IMG/VR virus record: IMGVR_UViG_3300008954_003475
Location: 62,001-126,000 of that record
Reading direction: 5' to 3' (one strand)
DNA length: 64,000 nucleotides
The notes under the pieces were generated by a model. It had not been told where the DNA came from and searched no databases. It was given only the letters and a program-made list of their open reading frames with translations. Shown here piece by piece: positions 57,771 to 64,000 of the stretch. A program made the translations under genes and the position numbers. How positions within the stretch are numbered: position 1 is the first letter of the stretch; every line of letters starts with the position of its first letter.

Positions 57771-60700
57771 CTATTCCCACATCGAAGACAAAGAGTCTGG
57801 AGATAATAGTACTGTGTTAGAAGAAGTGTGGGATCCAGAATCAGACTCTACACCAATATTGACGCCTCCAAGATCAGAAGCAATCTTTGTAGAACTGACA
57901 GATCTCGCGTTTCCTATGCTTCTCTTGAATGCCTCAAACGCATTATTATCAAAAGTCATAATCTCATCAACCTGTCTATCAAGAGCCACCTTGGTTGTTC
58001 CAAGAAGTCCCTTGTTCTGCATTTCCATTCCAACGTCATATGCTCTACGCAACTTCACTCTGTACACCTCTCTCTCTTCATCCGCTCGCTTTTCAGCCAA
58101 CTTAGTATTCAGAGTATTCTGCAATGAAGCTGTTACACTGTTTGGATTACTCTCAACAGCGTTTGTTGTTACATTAGTATCGGCAACAATCGAGCTAAGA
58201 CCATCCTCTGCAACCTCGTCCGCAACAGTTGTCGTATCATCAGCACTCTTCAACAGAGCCTCTCTGCTTCTGGCACGTTCTGCCAAAACTCGACCTTCTG
58301 CCTGCTTTAGAATGGCTTCACGACGAGAGCGCCGAAGGTTCATAGCCTCAAGAACCAGTCCGTCTGCAGCTTCATCGCCGCTGCCATCGCCCGCCTCCCA
58401 AGCTTCATCGTCAGAACCTACATCTGGACCGAGCATTGCATCTTCAGCATAATTGACAGTATCTTCAGCAGCATCCTCCACAGTATCTTCAGCAGCATCA
58501 TCAGCAGCATCAGCAGATAGGTCAAAATCTTGAGCAAATCTCACCAAAGCCCTGGCCTCGCCTGTAATTTGATCTGCATCTTTTACAGCAGAACTTGCAA
58601 GCTTAACGAACTGGCCTGTCTGAGCGTTAGAAAGCTTAGAAATATTATCATAAGTTTCTGCAACCATAGAAAGTTCATCAGCAGAGCTGTCTAGCTTTCT
58701 ATATGCTTTCTTAAGATTTGTTACAAGCTGACTTGATAACGCTCCAAGGCCGCCATCTCCAGCCTCAACCTCTTCGCCCGGCCCGCCTTTATCCTTTCCG
58801 GTAAAGACATTTACGTCAACATCTGCAAGCCTCTGATCTTCAAGCTGTCCAACAAGGTCTCTCACCTCATCGAGCAACTGCTCAATTTCGGCCAACCTAT
58901 TATCAATAGCTTCAGCAGGCTCCTCCTCAGCCCCCTCTTCCGCCTCAGGCTCTTCGTCGCCAAGCGGAGGGAGATCATCCATCGGAGCAGCTTCAGCCTC
59001 ACCGCCTCCGAGGTCTGGAACATCACCGCCTCCGAGGTCTGGAACATCACCGCCTCCGAGGTCTGGAGCATCACCGCCTCCGAGGTCTGGCATGTCTTGA
59101 GCTGTCTTTAAAAGACCCGAAACATAATTAAGACCAAAAGCGCGAATCTGATCACAGACCTCTCTGCCATACTCCTGGCTCTTTAACCAGTTCCAATTAC
59201 TTCTTAATTCTGGTCCAAAAATATCACCAGCAGTAGCGGCAACAACCCTTTTGTTCCCTGCAAAAACTTCAAACATACTGTTTGTATGATCAACAGACCC
59301 ATCCAAATTTCTACGAACACTAAAGCGTGTACTCAAAGAAGGCCCATTATAAGCCTGCTTTGTAAGTCCGGCGGACCCATCAGAGGCTCTATGCAGAGTT
59401 TCCTTGACCTGAGAATCTCCAGGCCACGTACCAGAAGTTCCGCCCATGTTGCCGCCTTGCAGCATCTGCTTGTCTTGATTGTCCCTAACGCCCTTATAGT
59501 CTTCAGACTTATAAGCGTTAGGCTCAACACCATCTGCTCCACCTTGCATATAGGCCAACCTGCGCAATCTGCGATCCTCTAACTGAGCACGACTAAGCTT
59601 CTCCTTAGCGTTAATCTCTTCCTTCTCCTTAGCTGACAGGTCATAAGTTCCCGTCATCTGCCTATCTTGGTTATCTCTAAGATTCTTAGAATCTTCAGAC
59701 TTATAAGTATTGGGCTCTGCACCATCTGCTCCACCTTGCATATAGGCTATACGGCGGCGAAGCTCTGCCCTCTTTCTCATTCTTGACTCATTCATAATAT
59801 CCTCCACTATTGAATTGATTGAAAAGTCGTCTACATAATCATTGGTCTTTTCATTATTGTTTGCCACTTTAACGTTAAGACCAACGCTTGTAGCTGCGAA
59901 TCCAGTCAAAGGCTCACCGCCAGACGGATGCACTTGTGATAAAACATCATCACCTTGTGGAAAATCGGGATTATTCCCAGAATCTCCACCACCTAAATAA
60001 CCTATCCTAGAACTTACTGCACTCTGTTCTTGAACATCCCCAGGAAGCCTTGATCCCTTGACATTCTCATATGTAGTAAATCTCTCAGTAGGCGTTACAG
60101 AAGTATCCTCTCTCGAAGGCAAATTCAATTCTCCAATTAAATTTGCAATTATTTCTTTTACATTAGAAGGTACTCCAGGATCACTTAGTACATTTGCCGC
60201 CTGGGATACCGCTTTTAAAGCTTCAGCTGTATTTCTAGATCTTTCCGATGAATCTGTAAACTCATCAGACGAATTCTTTAACAAACCATTATTTTCCAAA
60301 AATCCTCTTACAATATTTTTTCTTTCCGATACAGAACAGCCATCTTTACCACAGGCCGTCTTCATGATTCCTTCCAAATGCTCTGCCTGCTTAAGACTCA
60401 AGGTCCCAAGCATACTGCTAACATCATCTATTCCATAATTTATAAACTCAGTTTTATATTCTTGCAAAGAAGCAATACACTTTAATAATACCGCTCCAGG
60501 TTCAGCAGGCTGAACAACAAGGCTGTACTCTATTGGCTTTAGCCCAACATTAATCTCCCCATGAGCTGTCTTGTTTAAAATATGTTGACAATACTCTTTT
60601 TGAGTAGTGGCCTTATTTAAACATTCAGAACATACGGATGTTTCTACGGCTGTTCCCATAGAGCCATATCTCACAAGGCCTGTTTCAACCTTTCTTGCTA

Positions 60701-61190
60701 AATCTGGATAATTAATCTTGTCCAATGCACACAAGCCAACAACTTGCTTGAACTTTTCATCATAATGGGTATCTAAGATTATTCCTCTTATTCCGTCTAC
60801 GGAACTTGATTCATGATCCCTACACAAAGGAAGGCCAACCCATCGACTGGTGGCCTTCTTTAGTTCAGACTCTGGAAAAATATCTCTATTATTATTCCTA
60901 TGTGGCTGAACGTTTCCATGCCACTTCCAATTTTCATCGAAAAAGCCCCAAGCGTCTTCTCCGCCCGAGGCTTTCTTTATATGCCCTTCTTCGTTTAACA
61001 AAGAAGATTCTGCTGCTTTTAAAAATATTATTGAAAAATATAAAAAGTCATCTGACTTAGGAGCTATAGATTTTATATTGCTAGCTAATTTTGATAGTTG
61101 CTTTACCAGCTTTGGGTTTGCAAGCACTTCTTGCTGTTCGTGCGTATCTACAACATTGTTCTCTGGAGAAGAACATATCTTTTTAAACAT
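57771..61190 (-). CDS. Prohead protease fused to a long scaffold-like region (~1140 aa); start revised to MFKKIC
   Basis: GLPLCRDH...GIRGIILD (His), YGSMG (Ser) followed by a CxxC...C.H Zn insert and EYSLVVQPAEPGA. Long acidic/coiled-coil C-terminal part. Confidence 0.8.
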   Translation of the reverse strand: MFKKICSSPENNVVDTHEQQEVLANPKLVKQLSKLASNIKSIAPKSDDFLYFSIIFLKAAESSLLNEEGHIKKASGGEDAWGFFDENWKWHGNVQPHRNNNRDIFPESELKKATSRWVGLPLCRDHESSSVDGIRGIILDTHYDEKFKQVVGLCALDKINYPDLARKVETGLVRYGSMGTAVETSVCSECLNKATTQKEYCQHILNKTAHGEINVGLKPIEYSLVVQPAEPGAVLLKCIASLQEYKTEFINYGIDDVSSMLGTLSLKQAEHLEGIMKTACGKDGCSVSERKNIVRGFLENNGLLKNSSDEFTDSSERSRNTAEALKAVSQAANVLSDPGVPSNVKEIIANLIGELNLPSREDTSVTPTERFTTYENVKGSRLPGDVQEQSAVSSRIGYLGGGDSGNNPDFPQGDDVLSQVHPSGGEPLTGFAATSVGLNVKVANNNEKTNDYVDDFSINSIVEDIMNESRMRKRAELRRRIAYMQGGADGAEPNTYKSEDSKNLRDNQDRQMTGTYDLSAKEKEEINAKEKLSRAQLEDRRLRRLAYMQGGADGVEPNAYKSEDYKGVRDNQDKQMLQGGNMGGTSGTWPGDSQVKETLHRASDGSAGLTKQAYNGPSLSTRFSVRRNLDGSVDHTNSMFEVFAGNKRVVAATAGDIFGPELRSNWNWLKSQEYGREVCDQIRAFGLNYVSGLLKTAQDMPDLGGGDAPDLGGGDVPDLGGGDVPDLGGGEAEAAPMDDLPPLGDEEPEAEEGAEEEPAEAIDNRLAEIEQLLDEVRDLVGQLEDQRLADVDVNVFTGKDKGGPGEEVEAGDGGLGALSSQLVTNLKKAYRKLDSSADELSMVAETYDNISKLSNAQTGQFVKLASSAVKDADQITGEARALVRFAQDFDLSADAADDAAEDTVEDAAEDTVNYAEDAMLGPDVGSDDEAWEAGDGSGDEAADGLVLEAMNLRRSRREAILKQAEGRVLAERARSREALLKSADDTTTVADEVAEDGLSSIVADTNVTTNAVESNPNSVTASLQNTLNTKLAEKRADEEREVYRVKLRRAYDVGMEMQNKGLLGTTKVALDRQVDEIMTFDNNAFEAFKRSIGNARSVSSTKIASDLGGVNIGVESDSGSHTSSNTVLLSPDSLSSMWE
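59001..59090 (-). repeat. 24-nt tandem repeat (about 3.75 copies) encoding DLGGGD(A/V)P
   Basis: ACCGCCTCCGAGGTCTGGA(A/G)CATC units at 59001, 59025, 59049, 59073. Confidence 0.9.
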
Positions 61191-61286
61191 AGCAAACCCT
61201 TCTAGACTAATAAACCGGTACAAACATTTATATAAATATTAGTTTTTAAACTTTTTGTGTAATTTTTTTTTGAATTACATAGTTTT

Positions 61287-61469
61287 TTATTCTTTGTTTT
61301 CCAATCCATCTTCCGAAGAATATTCATTTATTATCTTAACTCTTCTATCTTTTTCTTCGTCAGAGTCTAAATAAATAGTATTTTCTTCTTGATTATCAAC
61401 GTTGTCATCTTTTTCTTTAGAATTTTTTACTATGATTTTCTTAGTCTTATCACCAAACTTTATAAACAT
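61287..61469 (-). CDS. Small charged hypothetical protein
   Basis: 60-aa ORF starting 2 nt after the upstream stop. Confidence 0.55.
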   Translation of the reverse strand: MFIKFGDKTKKIIVKNSKEKDDNVDNQEENTIYLDSDEEKDRRVKIINEYSSEDGLENKE

Positions 61470-61471
61470 GC

Positions 61472-63739
61472 TTACTCCGATAGTACCAAAATTCCTAAAA
61501 TATTTGAATTTATATACTCTTTTGCTCTAGAAAGAGAAAGTCCCATATCATTTATTAAGTTTTCTGCACTTCCAGTTTTCTCTGTACATTGATTTATAAA
61601 ATCATCAGATTCTATAATATTTATTAAATCAAAAACGTCTTTAATTCCATCGGACGAGTTTTTTGCAGCAAGCGCAATAGAGCTTATTATCTCAGATGTA
61701 GTTGAAACATCCTTGATGTCATTCATTATCTGAATTCCATTCTTTATGTTTATTAACATTCTTTTTGTAATTCGCGCATTTCTTTTAGAAGATTGACTAT
61801 ATTGTCCTTTGCTATTTGCAATTACCTCAACATTTCCTTGAACTTTCTGATATTCTGCAAGATTCTTTTTAAGATTTTCAACCAACGTTTCGCACATATC
61901 TTCAGATCTGTCAAAATATCTCATCGCTTGCTTTGCTTTGTTCTTAACCTCATCCGGAACAGGAATGCCTGCTGTTTTTACAAAAGAATCATTATATAGC
62001 TCAATAGTTCTTCCTGAATACTTTTCTTTAAGGGCCGAAAAAACATCCTCTGTTCCAAAGCCTTCAGGAACTCTGATCAAATCTGTATCAACAGAAATCT
62101 TAACGCCTGTCTTAATCTCAATCTCTTTTTGAATTATATTTTCTAATACAAATTTATCATTATCTCCCCTGGATACAAAAACAAGTTTTTTATTTGTATC
62201 TGTCGATATATCAGATATTTTCTTCAATGCTTTATTTCTATTTACATTATTCAGATTAGAAAAGCTCATAAATTGACTAGGGATTAATGAATATTTAAAA
62301 TTAATATTTTCATAGAAACCCTTTGATACTAAATTATTTAATCTAATATCTACAAAAGCTTCTTTATCAATCGAAAAGGTTTCATCATATAGACCTCTAA
62401 ATATTTTATCATCCCTATCTGGAGGCCTATGCCTATACAGTCTAATCTTTGCTTTATTATCTATAATTAAATTATCAATATCAAATGCAACTATATCTTT
62501 TATACTATCATTATTTAATGATGCCTTTTTAACTATTGTTTTTGCAGAATTTTCATCATCATTTATAACATAAATCTTATTATTTAAAATATTATAAAAG
62601 CCAGAATTTAATAAATTAGAACGCTTAAAAATAACTTTATCTACACCAATTCCATTAATTATATTTGATATCTTTGATAAATCTTTATCAAGACCTGCTC
62701 CATAATCTATATACATTAAATTAGATTCTTTAATACCAAGAACATCAGAGAGTCCTCCGGATATCTCTAAAACGTTTTTAACCCCAGAGCACCCATATAC
62801 GCCCAAAGATCCTGGTTTAATATTTTTGCAAATCTTTTTAATTTTTGAATTATCATCTATAAAAATAATATCAATTGGATAATTAACACTTCCCATGTGA
62901 TAACAAACGTCTGTAGGCTTATCATATGGAAATAATAATCCGGATTCCTTTTCTAATTTAGAATAAACTTGGAGGCCATCAATTTTTTCTTTATATGTTT
63001 TTGCCACATCACACTTAAAAACAATAGATGCATCATTGATATTGTCTTTCCCATAGCACCTAACAACTGCCGTTTTGTTTAAATCATTTCGTGAAACAAT
63101 ATACTTGCCAATCTTATCTATATGTTTATCTGTAATAATAAATCCTAATTTTTCTATAGAAGAAGATATGTCTATTGAGTTACTCGTAACAATAAACCCA
63201 TGGCCAACCGGTCTGAGGTGGTCGCAGATGTTGCCCAAAACTATCTCTAAAGAATCTTCTTCAGATGGCGTGCTGGTTATATAAAAACCATCAAATTTAT
63301 TTCTAAAAGTATGAAACATTGGATTTCCATATTCTTGATGAAAATTATGTAAATTTACTTTACTCGTTGCATTTTTAGATAAATTAATTAAATTATGACC
63401 TGCTTTTAAAATAACAGAAGCATTATCATCTGTCTGTTCTCCAATCCCCAAAACTGTTGATCCTCGCCTAAGCAGCCGCATAAACTTGTTGGAAAGATTT
63501 GCCAAAGCTTGATACTCATCATCTTCTATATCTGAATATAAATCTTCTGCCGGAAAAAATATACCTCCAGAGTATCCCACAGGGGCTTGCTCTTCAGGAG
63601 TTGTAGATATTTGAGCCACCATCATATCATAACGAGGCTGTGCATCCATATGTATATCCATGTGCGCATCTCCCGATGCAGACATAGATCCCATCTCAAG
63701 CTCTGGATCTCCAATATATGGCCAAGATAACTTTCTCAT
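61472..63739 (-). CDS. Multidomain protein containing a DUF192-like domain
   Basis: FKCDVAKTYKEKIDGLQ....LEKESGLLFPY......YHMGSVNYPIDIIFID....IKKI...IKPG...VLEISGG matches the DUF192 pattern. Confidence 0.65.
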   Translation of the reverse strand: MRKLSWPYIGDPELEMGSMSASGDAHMDIHMDAQPRYDMMVAQISTTPEEQAPVGYSGGIFFPAEDLYSDIEDDEYQALANLSNKFMRLLRRGSTVLGIGEQTDDNASVILKAGHNLINLSKNATSKVNLHNFHQEYGNPMFHTFRNKFDGFYITSTPSEEDSLEIVLGNICDHLRPVGHGFIVTSNSIDISSSIEKLGFIITDKHIDKIGKYIVSRNDLNKTAVVRCYGKDNINDASIVFKCDVAKTYKEKIDGLQVYSKLEKESGLLFPYDKPTDVCYHMGSVNYPIDIIFIDDNSKIKKICKNIKPGSLGVYGCSGVKNVLEISGGLSDVLGIKESNLMYIDYGAGLDKDLSKISNIINGIGVDKVIFKRSNLLNSGFYNILNNKIYVINDDENSAKTIVKKASLNNDSIKDIVAFDIDNLIIDNKAKIRLYRHRPPDRDDKIFRGLYDETFSIDKEAFVDIRLNNLVSKGFYENINFKYSLIPSQFMSFSNLNNVNRNKALKKISDISTDTNKKLVFVSRGDNDKFVLENIIQKEIEIKTGVKISVDTDLIRVPEGFGTEDVFSALKEKYSGRTIELYNDSFVKTAGIPVPDEVKNKAKQAMRYFDRSEDMCETLVENLKKNLAEYQKVQGNVEVIANSKGQYSQSSKRNARITKRMLINIKNGIQIMNDIKDVSTTSEIISSIALAAKNSSDGIKDVFDLINIIESDDFINQCTEKTGSAENLINDMGLSLSRAKEYINSNILGILVLSE

Positions 63740-63794
63740 TTCTTAACTTTTAACTCCTAATAACTATATAATCTATACTAAAAATAGCAGAATA

Positions 63795-64000
63795 TTATAA
63801 CCTTATCATTAGCTCGCTTAAAACAATATTTATAAAATATGGATCTTTTCCATTCAAAATATTCTTAACAAGACTAAGACTGACCCCTATAGCGGCCCCT
63901 CCCGGAGACTTCTTGCCTGCAATCTCCATTACATTAAACTCTTCTAATTTTTTTGAAACATTACTATACGACCTTACTCGGGCCTCAGGGGACATGCTGC
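63795..64000 (-). CDS. Hypothetical protein, probably the C-terminus of a gene starting beyond the window
   Basis: The frame stays open from ATG 63995 to the window edge. Confidence 0.55.
   Translation of the reverse strand, partial: SMSPEARVRSYSNVSKKLEEFNVMEIAGKKSPGGAAIGVSLSLVKNILNGKDPYFINIVLSELMIRL

Overview
This window is the virion morphogenesis region of a large contractile-tailed (myovirus-type), probably jumbo, bacteriophage. It uses the standard genetic code, with GGAG/GAGG Shine-Dalgarno sites and TAA, TAG and TGA all used as stops. Most genes are on the minus strand. In transcription order (64 kb to 1): a DUF192-containing multidomain protein, a 1.1-kaa prohead protease/scaffold, several head-associated proteins, capsid decoration protein(s), the HK97-type major capsid protein, an accessory block (J-domain protein, poly-Glu protein, fibre/propeller genes), neck proteins, two zinc metallopeptidases, a holin/spanin-like membrane cluster, two paralogous tailspikes, tail terminator, sheath, tube, a frameshifting tail chaperone pair, tape measure, tube initiator, baseplate hub, central spike and a 2738-aa protein with a very hydrophobic helical block. 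Two plus-strand cassettes (40.9-43.3 kb and 48.7-50.6 kb) encode surface-type proteins. Most notable observations: (1) a recurring hydrophobic-x-K/R-x-A motif concentrated in head-module proteins, a candidate new prohead-protease cleavage code; (2) a giant putatively membrane-active protein encoded right after the spike; (3) a putative ejected head protein with a TM helix; (4) a -1 frameshift site T TTA AAA with a downstream hairpin; (5) three capsid-decoration paralogues; (6) a recurring intergenic TACTAAT promoter-like motif; (7) two frameshifted accessory genes. All functional calls come from motif recognition and synteny, not database searches. I found no tRNA, rRNA, CRISPR array, integrase or transposase.
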